From Longimicrobiales bacterium (GTDB lineage Bacteria; Gemmatimonadota; Gemmatimonadetes; Longimicrobiales; Gaopeijiaceae), in contig OZ242008.1 of NCBI GenBank assembly GCA_965204735.1, positions 160,001-224,000 on the forward strand: a DNA stretch of 64,000 nucleotides. The letters run 5' to 3'. Shown in pieces: positions 40,541 to 49,378 of this stretch (position 1 is its first letter; each line of letters opens with the position of its first letter). The translations under genes and the position numbers were made by a program. The notes beneath the pieces are model-generated. The model searched no databases. It worked only from the letters and a program-made list of their open reading frames with translations, and was not told the DNA's origin.

Positions 40541-40568
40541 CTTTCCCGTCGCTTCCGTCAAAGCTGTT
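40541..40568 (+). repeat. 28-bp direct repeat, right copy (island boundary)
   Basis: CTTTCCCGTCGCTTCCGTCAAAGCTGTT. Confidence 0.85.
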
Positions 40569-40619
40569 TCCCGTCCCCGCTTTCCGTACTCCAGCGCGCT
40601 TGGCCCTTCGCTTCTCCCG

Positions 40620-42182
40620 TTGAACGTCCGTCCGTCCCTCGATTCCTTCCTGAAGAACGCCGCGCCCAACTCCCGCGTTCCCGTCTGGTGCGAGTTCCTC
40701 TTCGACTCCGACACCGCGGTCACGGCATACCACAAGCTGAAGGACGGACCCTTCGGCTTTCTGCTGGAGTCGGTGGTAGGTGGTGAGCAGTGGGCCCGCT
40801 ACAGCTTCCTGGGAAGCCGCCCTCGGGGCGCCTGGAAGCTGGAGGGCGACGCGCTTTCGCTCTGGAGCCCGTCCGACGGCTGGCGGCTGGTGCAAGCTCG
40901 CGACCCCATGGCGGACCTGGAGCGGCGCCTGACCGGGTCCGCTCCCCAGGCCGACCCTCGGCTGCCGCGGTTCTGGGGCGGCGCCGTCGGCTACTTCGGA
41001 TACGACCTGGTGCGCCGCTTCGAGCGGCTGGGTCCGGGACCCGCCGACGACCGGGGCTTTCCCACCGCGCTGGTCCTCTTCACCGACGTGGTGGTGGCGG
41101 TGGACAACCTCAACGGCCGAGCGAAGGCCGTCGCCACCGTCGAAACGGGGTCGAACTCGAGTCGGGCCGGCCTTGAACGGGCCTACCGAGACGCCGTCGC
41201 GCGCCTGGAGGACACGGTGGGACGGCTGCTGTCCCGCTCGGCGCCCGCGCCCCTCGACTTGGCGTTCGGCGACGGCACGCTCCGCGCGGGCGCCCCCGGC
41301 GCCACGGAGTCCGACCAACCCGTCGCCACGCCTCCGTTGCCGCCCATCGAGTACGTCAGCAACATGAAGAAGGACGCCTTCTTGGCCTGCGTCCGGCGGA
41401 TCAAGGAATACATTGCGGCCGGCGACGCCTTCCAGGTGGTCCTCAGTCAGCGCCTCGCCACCCCGTTCCGCGGTCCCCCCTTCCACCTCTACCGGGCGAT
41501 TCGGACCCTCAACCCGTCGCCCTACCTCTACCACCTGGACCTGGACGACTTCAGCATCGTAGGCTCCTCGCCGGAGGTCATGGTGCGGCTCGAAGATGGG
41601 ATCGTCACCGTCCGGCCCATCGCGGGGACCCGGCGACGGGGACGTTCGGTGGCGGAGGACCGAGCGCTGGCCGTCGAGCTTGCCCGCGACGAGAAGGAGC
41701 TTGCCGAGCACCGGATGCTGGTGGACCTGGGACGCAACGACGTGGGCCGAGTGTCCGAGTACGGGTCGGTGACGGTCCCCGAGCTGATGAAGATCGAGCG
41801 CTACTCCCACGTCATGCACTTGTGCAGCCAGGTGGAAGGGCGCGTGCGCCGTGGGGTCTCGGCCCTGGACGTGCTTCGGGCGTGCTTCCCCGCCGGGACC
41901 GTCTCGGGCGCTCCCAAGGTCCGCGCAATGGAGATCGTGGACGAGCTGGAGCCCACGGCCCGGGGGCCATACGCCGGTGCTGTGGGGCACGTCGGCTGGG
42001 GCGGCGCGCAGATGGACACCGCCATCGCGATCCGCACGATGGTGGTGAAGGACGGAACGGCCAGCGTCCAGGCCGGGGCGGGCGTGGTGGCCGACTCCGA
42101 CCCCGCGTCCGAGCACAAGGAGACCCTCAACAAGGCCCGGGCCCTCCTGCGGGCCGCTGCGATGGCCGAGGGCGCTTCCTAG
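40620..42182 (+). CDS. trpE: Anthranilate synthase component I
   Basis: FLLESV, GDAFQVVLSQR, NPSPY, PIAGTR, EHRMLVDLGRND, PAGTVSGAPK, QAGAGVVADS. Confidence 0.92.
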   Translation: MNVRPSLDSFLKNAAPNSRVPVWCEFLFDSDTAVTAYHKLKDGPFGFLLESVVGGEQWARYSFLGSRPRGAWKLEGDALSLWSPSDGWRLVQARDPMADLERRLTGSAPQADPRLPRFWGGAVGYFGYDLVRRFERLGPGPADDRGFPTALVLFTDVVVAVDNLNGRAKAVATVETGSNSSRAGLERAYRDAVARLEDTVGRLLSRSAPAPLDLAFGDGTLRAGAPGATESDQPVATPPLPPIEYVSNMKKDAFLACVRRIKEYIAAGDAFQVVLSQRLATPFRGPPFHLYRAIRTLNPSPYLYHLDLDDFSIVGSSPEVMVRLEDGIVTVRPIAGTRRRGRSVAEDRALAVELARDEKELAEHRMLVDLGRNDVGRVSEYGSVTVPELMKIERYSHVMHLCSQVEGRVRRGVSALDVLRACFPAGTVSGAPKVRAMEIVDELEPTARGPYAGAVGHVGWGGAQMDTAIAIRTMVVKDGTASVQAGAGVVADSDPASEHKETLNKARALLRAAAMAEGAS

Positions 42183-42273
42183 CAGCCTCCGCTCCATGGG
42201 GGACAGCTCCATCGCCCACAGGGTCGCGGGCCGCCGAAAAGCGCCTGTCCGGGGAGGGCCGGGTCCGGGATCT

Positions 42274-42325
42274 GCCAAAAACTGACCTGCATTTTCGAGG
42301 GGCTGGGGGCGTTCAGAAAGTACGC
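42274..42325 (+). promoter_or_regulatory. Class A promoter-like motif, second copy
   Basis: GCCAAAAACTGACCTGCAT-N16-GCGTTCA-N4-GTACGC, followed by AAGGAGG RBS and ATG 42360. Confidence 0.7.
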
Positions 42326-42359
42326 GGCGGCTTCCACGCCCAATCGCAAGGAGGATCGA

Positions 42360-43403
42360 ATGAGCCGCTTTGTCCGGAAGGACCGGGCCAAGGCCCTGGT
42401 CGCAGTCGTCCGTACGTTGCTCGTGGGCCTGTTGTTGGGCCCAGCCGCGGCCTTGGACGCTCAGCGCCAATGGTTGCCGCCCCCCGTGGAAGTTGTTGCG
42501 TGGGAGGATGTCGACGGGAATGTCCTTGGGGGGCGTCCGCTGCAGATCGAGGGCAGTCCGCGAGGAGGGTTGGTCGTGGCCGACTGGGGAGACTTCTCCA
42601 TTCGCGAGTTGTCTGCTTCCGGCGAACTCGTCTGGAAGTTCGGACGAAGCGGCCCGGGACCTGGCGAGTTTCTCGCCATTCTGGACTTGCACTTTGCCGA
42701 CGACGGAAACCTGCACGTCCTCGACCCACGGAATCGCCGGGTGACGGTCGTCAGCGCGACAGGCGATCTTGTCGAGAGTGTGCCCGTCCCGGGTGGGGAG
42801 CCGGCAGCGCTGTTGCCCGCGTCCTTCGACCCCGGGTACTTCGCCGTCGTGCCGCACACCAACAAGAAGGACACCTTGTGGAGGTCGTTCTCAAAAACCG
42901 GCGTTCGGCATCGGACCGTGCTCATGCCGTCGGAAGTGGCGTTCGATCATGACTTGGCAGGCGAGGGTTGGGCCGCGGAGATACCGGGCGGTCGCGCGGT
43001 AGTCTTTTTTCGATGGTCCAGCCGGATGATCATCTTGGACGCCGACGGCAATGCAAGCGTTGTTGCGGACGGAATAGAGGCGATCCCTTTTCCCGAACTC
43101 GTCGCAGTCGAACGATCGGGGCCCGGCTGGACCGTTAGTGGATTCAAGGTCGATCCCAAAGCCGTGAAGGCAGCGCGGGGAGCGACGGCCACTGCGTCCC
43201 GCATCTTTGTGCTGTACTTGGGAACCACTGGCCATGCAGGGCGTGTGGTGGACACCTATTCGACGCATGACGGCGAGTACCTTGGATCCTACCTGTTCCC
43301 ACGCAGCGTGGACGCGATTGCCGTTCTCGCAGACGGTCGGCTTGCGACTCTTGAGAACCGACTGGTTCCGACCCTTCGCCTGTGGGACCTGTCTGTCGAC
43401 TAA
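42360..43403 (+). CDS. 6-bladed beta-propeller protein, secreted (orphan)
   Basis: Signal peptide ..AALDA; FGRSGPGPGEF; resembles 35828-36883 (D.Y....GEYL). Confidence 0.8.
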   Translation: MSRFVRKDRAKALVAVVRTLLVGLLLGPAAALDAQRQWLPPPVEVVAWEDVDGNVLGGRPLQIEGSPRGGLVVADWGDFSIRELSASGELVWKFGRSGPGPGEFLAILDLHFADDGNLHVLDPRNRRVTVVSATGDLVESVPVPGGEPAALLPASFDPGYFAVVPHTNKKDTLWRSFSKTGVRHRTVLMPSEVAFDHDLAGEGWAAEIPGGRAVVFFRWSSRMIILDADGNASVVADGIEAIPFPELVAVERSGPGWTVSGFKVDPKAVKAARGATATASRIFVLYLGTTGHAGRVVDTYSTHDGEYLGSYLFPRSVDAIAVLADGRLATLENRLVPTLRLWDLSVD

Positions 43404-44770
43404 GGCTCCGCCGCCAGCTCGTCGTACAGGCGCGCTAGCGTCTCGATCCCCTTCTCGAAGCACTCGGTGGCGAACCACTCGTTGGGGGCGTGCATGTTGC
43501 ATCCGGGGAGCGCGAAGCCCAGCAGCAACGTCTCCGCGCCGAGGATCTCCTCCAGCTCCACCACGATGGGGATGCTGCCGCCTTCCCCCGCCAGCACGGG
43601 CGGCGCGCCGAACGCCTGCTGCAGCGCACGCGACGCCGCGTCGAAGAGAGGACCGCCCACCGTCGCCCTCCACGGCCGCCCGCCGTGGAGCTCCACCACT
43701 TCCAGCGCGATCCCCGGCGGCGCGACCTGCCGCAGGTGCGCCTCCAGCAGCTCCCGCACCCGCTCCGGCGTCTGGTCGGGCACCAGCCGGAAGCTGACCT
43801 TCGCGGTCGCCGAAGCCGGCAACACGGTCTTGGCCCCCTCGCCCGTGTAGCCCGAGAGGATTCCGTTCACGTCGCAGCAAGGGCGGGTCCACACTCGCTC
43901 CAGCAACGAGCGGCCGGCCTCGCCGCCCGCCGGCGTCGTGCCGACTTCCGCAGCGTACTCGTCCTCGTCGAAGGGCAGCCGACGAATCCCCTCCAGCGCC
44001 TCGGGCGGCGGATCGACCACGTCGTCGTAGAAGCCGGGGACGGCGATCCGCCCCGCGTCGTCGTGCAGGCCGGCCACGATCCGGGCCAGGGCGTTGGCCG
44101 GATTGGCCACTGCGCCCCCGTACGCCCCCGAGTGCAGGTCGCTCGACGGCCCCTTGGCGTGCAGCTCGAAGTAGGCCAGCCCCCGCAGCGAGAAGAGGAG
44201 CGAAGGCACGCCCGGCGCGAACATCGCCGAATCCGAGATCACCACGGCGTCCGCCCGCAGCCGCTCCCGACGTTCCTTCACGAAGGGGACCAGGTTCGGC
44301 GAGCCCACCTCCTCTTCGCCCTCTGCCAGCACCACCACGTTGACCGGCAGCGCCCCCTTGGTCGCCAGGTGCGCCTCCAGAGCCTTCAGGTGCAGGAAGA
44401 GCTGGCCCTTGTCGTCGGCGGACCCTCTGGCGTAGATGCGGCCGTCCCGCACTTCGGGCTCGAACGGGGGCGACTCCCACAGGTCGAGGGGTTCGGGCGG
44501 CTGCACGTCGTAGTGACCGTAGATCAGCACCGTGGCCGCGTCGGCGCCTGCCCCTCGCCACTCTCCCACCACCACCGGGTGGCCCGGCGTCGCGTGCACC
44601 TGCGCTTCCAGGCCCGCTCCCGAAAGCTGGTCCCGCACCCAGTGGGCCGCCCGCGCCACGTCGCCGTCGTGCTCCGACTTGGCCGAGACCGACGGGATGC
44701 GCAGAAACTCCCACAGCTCGTCGTAGAAGCGGGAGCGCTCGGCCCGGACGAACTCGAGGGGTCCGGTCAT
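43400..44770 (-). CDS. M20 family dipeptidase
   Basis: YGHYDVQP, ARGSADDKGQ, EGEEEVGS, DLHSG, GGSIP, HAPNE. Confidence 0.92.
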   Translation of the reverse strand: MTGPLEFVRAERSRFYDELWEFLRIPSVSAKSEHDGDVARAAHWVRDQLSGAGLEAQVHATPGHPVVVGEWRGAGADAATVLIYGHYDVQPPEPLDLWESPPFEPEVRDGRIYARGSADDKGQLFLHLKALEAHLATKGALPVNVVVLAEGEEEVGSPNLVPFVKERRERLRADAVVISDSAMFAPGVPSLLFSLRGLAYFELHAKGPSSDLHSGAYGGAVANPANALARIVAGLHDDAGRIAVPGFYDDVVDPPPEALEGIRRLPFDEDEYAAEVGTTPAGGEAGRSLLERVWTRPCCDVNGILSGYTGEGAKTVLPASATAKVSFRLVPDQTPERVRELLEAHLRQVAPPGIALEVVELHGGRPWRATVGGPLFDAASRALQQAFGAPPVLAGEGGSIPIVVELEEILGAETLLLGFALPGCNMHAPNEWFATECFEKGIETLARLYDELAAEP

Positions 44771-44786
44771 GGCCGACGGGAGCCGG

Positions 44787-45065
44787 TCAAGTCAGCCCCT
44801 TGACCCCCCAGCGGTAGAGCCAGCCCATCATCGCCGAGAAGACGAACGCGCCGGCCATCCCGCCCAGGCTCAGCGCCCTCGGGTCGTCGAACTCGAAGAT
44901 GCCGACGCCGAGCATCCCGCCGATGGCGGCCGCGAAGGCGCCCAGCAGGAAGAGGAGCGTCGAGTGTCCAGGGGTCTCGCGCGGGTTCTTCACGAGGAGC
45001 TTCATGGAGAGCCCCACGACCCCGCCCATCACGACCCAGACCGCAACACCGATCCAGTTTTCCAT
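44787..45065 (-). CDS. Small membrane protein (GlsB/YeaQ/YmgE-like)
   Basis: 3 Gly-rich TM helices, 92 aa. Confidence 0.65.
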   Translation of the reverse strand: MENWIGVAVWVVMGGVVGLSMKLLVKNPRETPGHSTLLFLLGAFAAAIGGMLGVGIFEFDDPRALSLGGMAGAFVFSAMMGWLYRWGVKGLT

Positions 45066-45074
45066 GTCCGAAAG

Positions 45075-45713
45075 CTACTTCCTTCCCATGCGTCGCTTCA
45101 ACTCGTCGAGGCGCGTGTCCGCACTCCGCTGCCGGCGGGAGGCGCCGAGCTCGCGGTCGAAGCCGGCGGCGTCGCGGACCCCTTCGGCCGTCGCGTCCTC
45201 GCCGCCGACCTTCTCGGCCATCCGGTCGAACTCCCCGAAGAGGTCGTCCGGGTCGCTCAGGGAGGAGCGCGCCCGAGTTCGCCCCGCGGTGGCGGCCATG
45301 GCGCTGCGCTTGGCCTGGGCCTCCTTGATCTGCTTCAGCATCTCCCGGTACTCGGAGTCCCTAAGGCGAATCTCGGCCTCGATCGCGTCGGCCTTCTCCG
45401 ACAGCACCCGCCGGCGCTCCGCGTGCCTTGCCCCGAACTCCGCGGCGACCTCGGCCGTCTCCTGGTCGCCGATCTCCCGGGCCATCGCCTCGCGCCGGCC
45501 GCACGTCTCGACCTCGCGACTCTCGGCCGCCGCGGCCTTCCGAGCCCGCTCCAGCTCCCGCTTCAGGCCGTCCAGCGCCGCCTTGGCGTCCACGGCCTCC
45601 CGCTCCATGCCCCTGACCAGGGAGTCCACCATCTCGGGGACCTGATCCCGGCCCACTTCTTGGTGGAAGTTCTCCACGGCCTCTCTGAACGCCCTGCGAA
45701 GGTTGTCGAACAT
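45075..45713 (-). CDS. PspA/IM30-like coiled-coil protein
   Basis: MFDNLRRAF..; long coiled coil; FDRMAEKV; RLDELKRRMG. Confidence 0.7.
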   Translation of the reverse strand: MFDNLRRAFREAVENFHQEVGRDQVPEMVDSLVRGMEREAVDAKAALDGLKRELERARKAAAAESREVETCGRREAMAREIGDQETAEVAAEFGARHAERRRVLSEKADAIEAEIRLRDSEYREMLKQIKEAQAKRSAMAATAGRTRARSSLSDPDDLFGEFDRMAEKVGGEDATAEGVRDAAGFDRELGASRRQRSADTRLDELKRRMGRK

Positions 45714-45745
45714 GGCGGGGATTATAGACGGATCAGCGGCCGTCG

Positions 45746-46969
45746 TCACCCCGGGTCGGCGGTTGGCGAGCCGACCCCGCCTCCCGGCCGAGCCGAGGCT
45801 CCAGGCGCCGGCGAGTCCGAAACCCCAGGTCCCGGCCCGTTCGCGCCCGGTGCTTCCTGCCGGCGAGCCATCCAGTGCAGCACGCCGCCCTCCGAGACCC
45901 CCGCATAGAGGGCGCGCTCCGGCTCCGGGGGCCGGTCGAGGGACGCCAGCGCGCGCTCCGCCGCCTCCGACACCGCTCGGAGCGCTTCCGCCTCCACTTC
46001 CTCCAGCGTTCCGGCCGACACCCCCTCGTCGGCCAAGTACGCCTCCAGGAGCCCCACCGGGTCTCGCCGCCCCCACTCCCGAAAGCGCTCCTCCGAGAAC
46101 GTCTGCCGCGCCTCGCGCTCGTCGTGGGTTGCGTGCCCCCCCATCCGGAAGGTCTCGGCCACGACCACCGCCGGGCCGCGGCCGGCGAGGCACCGCTCCC
46201 GGGCCAGGGCCGTGGCCGCGTAGACGTCCAGCACGTTGTTGCCGTCGCAGGTCCATGCCGCGATTCCGTAGGCCGCCGGCATCGCCTCAAGCTTGCCGGG
46301 CAGGTGGCGGTCGGTTCGCGTGCCCAGGGCGACCTGGTTGTTCTGGACCACGAAGATCGCCGGAACCCGCAGGCGCGCCGCGAAGACGAGCCCCTCGTGA
46401 CACGCCGCCGTCCGCGTGGCGCCGTCGCCCGCCCACGTCAGGGCCACCCGCGCTTCGCCCCGGCTGCGGAACGCGAAGGCGAGCCCGGCAACGACGGCGA
46501 CGCTGGTGCCCATGTGGCTGATCGGCTGGACGACTCCACGGCGCAGGTCGCCCATGTGCAGGTCCCGTCCCCCGCTGGGACTGTCCGCGGTGGCCAGGTA
46601 GCCGGTGAAGCCGTGCTCCAGCGGCATCCCCATCATGTGGCAGGCCCCGGCGTTGCGGATCATGGGCGACACCACGTCCGCGCCCCGGTCCAGCGCGGCC
46701 ACGGCGCCCACCGTGACCGCCTCCTCGCCGGTGCCCAGCCACGCCTTGCTGATCTTCCCGTGGCGCACCCAGCGCTTCAGCTCGACGTCCTGGAGGCGCG
46801 TAAGGAGCAGGTCCCGGTAGAGCCCCAGAAGGCCGGCCTGCCCGAGTCCCTCCACGCGAGCGCGCCGGGCCGGGTCGTCGGCGACGCGAAGCCGGTACTC
46901 CCGGACCAGGTCGGGGGCCGGGGTCCACGTCACGTACTCGGGAGGATCGAGGGACGGGTAGCGCTTCAA
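45746..46969 (-). CDS. TPP-dependent 2-oxoacid dehydrogenase E1 alpha subunit
   Basis: GDGA..NNQ TPP motif, CDGNN, RMGGHATHD; TTG start inferred. Confidence 0.85.
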   Translation of the reverse strand: MKRYPSLDPPEYVTWTPAPDLVREYRLRVADDPARRARVEGLGQAGLLGLYRDLLLTRLQDVELKRWVRHGKISKAWLGTGEEAVTVGAVAALDRGADVVSPMIRNAGACHMMGMPLEHGFTGYLATADSPSGGRDLHMGDLRRGVVQPISHMGTSVAVVAGLAFAFRSRGEARVALTWAGDGATRTAACHEGLVFAARLRVPAIFVVQNNQVALGTRTDRHLPGKLEAMPAAYGIAAWTCDGNNVLDVYAATALARERCLAGRGPAVVVAETFRMGGHATHDEREARQTFSEERFREWGRRDPVGLLEAYLADEGVSAGTLEEVEAEALRAVSEAAERALASLDRPPEPERALYAGVSEGGVLHWMARRQEAPGANGPGPGVSDSPAPGASARPGGGVGSPTADPG

Positions 46970-47348
46970 GGGAGGACCGAGGGGCAAGGGGGTCGAGGAG
47001 CGCGCGGGGACCGGCGCAACCCGGGTACGGCGACGCCAAGCACGATCGAGGGGTCGAGGCGCACGCGGGGACCGGCGGTCCGACGCGGGGAACTTACTTC
47101 GGCCTCGCCGGGGGACCAACGACACTTCAGCCTCGCCGGGGGACCAACGAACAGCGGGTTCGCGAGCGAACGGGACTCCGACGGACGGCGGGACCTCCGC
47201 GAGCGTCTTGCCTTCGGCGGGCTGGTCTGCCTTCGGCGGGTTGCCCAGGGCGCCGGCACCCCCGACATTTGCAGGGAGGCGCCGTGCCGGGGGGACGCGC
47301 CACGGGGGATCGGAGGGCACCGACCACGCACCGACGGGAGCAACCACG

Positions 47349-47954
47349 CTGAGTTCCCAAAAGGCACAGATCGCCGCCGACGTGGCGCTGGCCATGTTCG
47401 AGGCCCTCCAGCACAAGGACCGTCCCGACGAAGTGCTTGAAGACGAGGACGTCTCGCGAACGATGCCCCGCCGCCTGGGGTTGAGCGACGTGATCGACCG
47501 CCAAGTCCGCTTCCAGCGCGAGAACGTGCGGCAGGGGAACAAGTTCACCGTGGACGAGCTCGCCGAGTTCATGCGGCTCACGCTCCGCCGCCCCGACTCG
47601 CGGGAGATCTTCTTCGACACTGGCGCGCGGCTGTCGGCCAAGGGCGCCGGGCTGACGCGACTCCTTCCGCGCCGCCTGCGCTTCGTCGCCGCCAAGCGCC
47701 GGATCCGGAAGTGCCTGGGCCAGCTCTTCGCTCGTCGGCTGGGCGGGTTCCTCTCGGGTCCCTTCGCCTTCGAGACGTCGGCGTCTCCCTTCGTGCAGGT
47801 GGACGAGACGGGCGAAGCGTGCCACCTGCTGTCCGGGCTCTGCCAGCAGGCGCTGCGGGACGTGGTGGACAGCGGGCTGACGGTGGCGAAGGTCGCCTGC
47901 GAGACCAAGGGCGACCCGTCGTGCCGGTGGGTGCTGACGGACGACGCCGAGTAG
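47349..47954 (+). CDS. V4R-like domain protein
   Basis: C-terminal ACHLLSG..CETKGDPSCRW; start uncertain (47349-47394). Confidence 0.6.
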   Translation: MSSQKAQIAADVALAMFEALQHKDRPDEVLEDEDVSRTMPRRLGLSDVIDRQVRFQRENVRQGNKFTVDELAEFMRLTLRRPDSREIFFDTGARLSAKGAGLTRLLPRRLRFVAAKRRIRKCLGQLFARRLGGFLSGPFAFETSASPFVQVDETGEACHLLSGLCQQALRDVVDSGLTVAKVACETKGDPSCRWVLTDDAE

Positions 47955-48010
47955 CTTCCCGACGTTTCTTCGGGGCCCCGCCGGGTCCCTCGGGCTCGAA
48001 CCCCGCTCGC

Positions 48011-48445
48011 CTATTCCCCGCCCACGTGGTACAGCATCACGTACACGATCAGGCCGGTGACGGAGACGTAGAGCCACAAGGGGAAGGTCCAGCGCGCCAG
48101 CTTGGCGTGGGCCTTGAACCGCCGCCGGCGGACCAGGAGCAGCAGGCGCGCCACCATGGGGACGATCGCCGCCGCCAGCGCCATGTGGCTGAAGAGGATC
48201 GACAGGTAGACGGCGCGGAGCGGCGCCGGTCCCTCGAAGCGGTGAGTCCCCGTCAGCGAGAAGCGCACCACGTAGAAGACCAGAAAGAGCGCCGCCGCCG
48301 TCACCGCGCCGATCATGCACTTGCGGTGCCGCGCCAGGTCCCGGCGGCGCACGAAGCGAAGCCCGGCGACCAGGAGCACCGCGCTGGAAAGGTTCAGGAA
48401 GGCGTTCACCGTCGCCAATCCGGCCCCGAACGCCTCGACCGTCAC
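48011..48445 (-). CDS. DUF420 family membrane protein (cytochrome oxidase assembly-associated)
   Basis: VNAFLN, HRKCM, YLSILFSH, HAKLARWTFPLWLYVSVTG. Confidence 0.88.
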   Translation of the reverse strand: MTVEAFGAGLATVNAFLNLSSAVLLVAGLRFVRRRDLARHRKCMIGAVTAAALFLVFYVVRFSLTGTHRFEGPAPLRAVYLSILFSHMALAAAIVPMVARLLLLVRRRRFKAHAKLARWTFPLWLYVSVTGLIVYVMLYHVGGE

Positions 48446-49377
48446 GGGGCGCCGGCGGCGGGTGCCGGTTCCGGCCGCTCGTCGACCCCGCCGGCCCCGC
48501 CGGCCCGAGCACGCCCGGCGGCCGTCGCCGCCAGCGTCAGGAGCACGGCGGCCAGCAGCGTGTGGGCCGACACCCAGGGAGCGCCCAGCCGCTGGGCCAC
48601 CGAGACGAACCCCAGCAGCATCTGGGAGACGACGACGACGGCCATGCCCGCCGCCAGCCGACGAGCCGCGGGTTCCCGCACCCGACGCAGCACCCGCCAA
48701 GCGTGCCAGAGCACCATCCCGACGACCAGCACGCCCAGCGCCCTGTGCTGGAAGTGGATCGCCACGAGGGGATGGTCGAGCGGGGGCGCCAGCCGGCCCA
48801 GGCAGAGGGGCACATCGGGACACGCGACCCCGGCGTCGGTGTGGCGCACCACTGCTCCGCCCACCGACTGGAGGAAGACCGCCCACGTTCCCGCCACCCC
48901 CGTCCGTCGCGTCGCTCGCCGGTCGCGCTCCGTGCCCGTCCACCCCGGCCCGGTGCGCTCCAGCATCGCCACGACCACAACGAGAAAGGCGAAGGCCATG
49001 GCCAGGTGGGCCGTGGACACCGCGTCCGGCAGCTTGTAGATCACCGTCGCGCCCCCCAGCAGCGACTGCACCACCAGCTGTGCCAGCCCGACCGCGCCCA
49101 GCCAAAGGAGGTCGCCGCGCCCGGGATGCGCGCGCCGCACCAAGACCACCGCCGCCGCGAAGAGGAGCACGAGGGCGCCGGCCCAGAGGCGGTGCAGGTG
49201 CTCCCAGAAGACGCCGCCGGTCATCTCGGGCATCATCGAGCCGAAGCAGGTGGGCCAGTCGGGGCAGGCCAAGCTGGACTCGGTGGCGTGCACCACGCTG
49301 CCCAGAAGCAGCAGCGCCAGCGTCCACAGCAGGACGAAGAAGAGGAACCTTCGCGCGCCCCGCGCCCTGCCCGTCAA
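48442..49377 (-). CDS. ctaA: Heme A synthase COX15/CtaA family
   Basis: LACPDWPTCFG, EHLHR, second ACPDVPLC, HFQHR, conserved His. Confidence 0.85.
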   Translation of the reverse strand: MTGRARGARRFLFFVLLWTLALLLLGSVVHATESSLACPDWPTCFGSMMPEMTGGVFWEHLHRLWAGALVLLFAAAVVLVRRAHPGRGDLLWLGAVGLAQLVVQSLLGGATVIYKLPDAVSTAHLAMAFAFLVVVVAMLERTGPGWTGTERDRRATRRTGVAGTWAVFLQSVGGAVVRHTDAGVACPDVPLCLGRLAPPLDHPLVAIHFQHRALGVLVVGMVLWHAWRVLRRVREPAARRLAAGMAVVVVSQMLLGFVSVAQRLGAPWVSAHTLLAAVLLTLAATAAGRARAGGAGGVDERPEPAPAAGAP

Positions 49378-49378
49378 C

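Noticed and set aside
46970..47340. TPP riboswitch upstream of the E1 alpha gene
   Set aside because: No CTGAGA/ACCTG core recognised on the minus strand.
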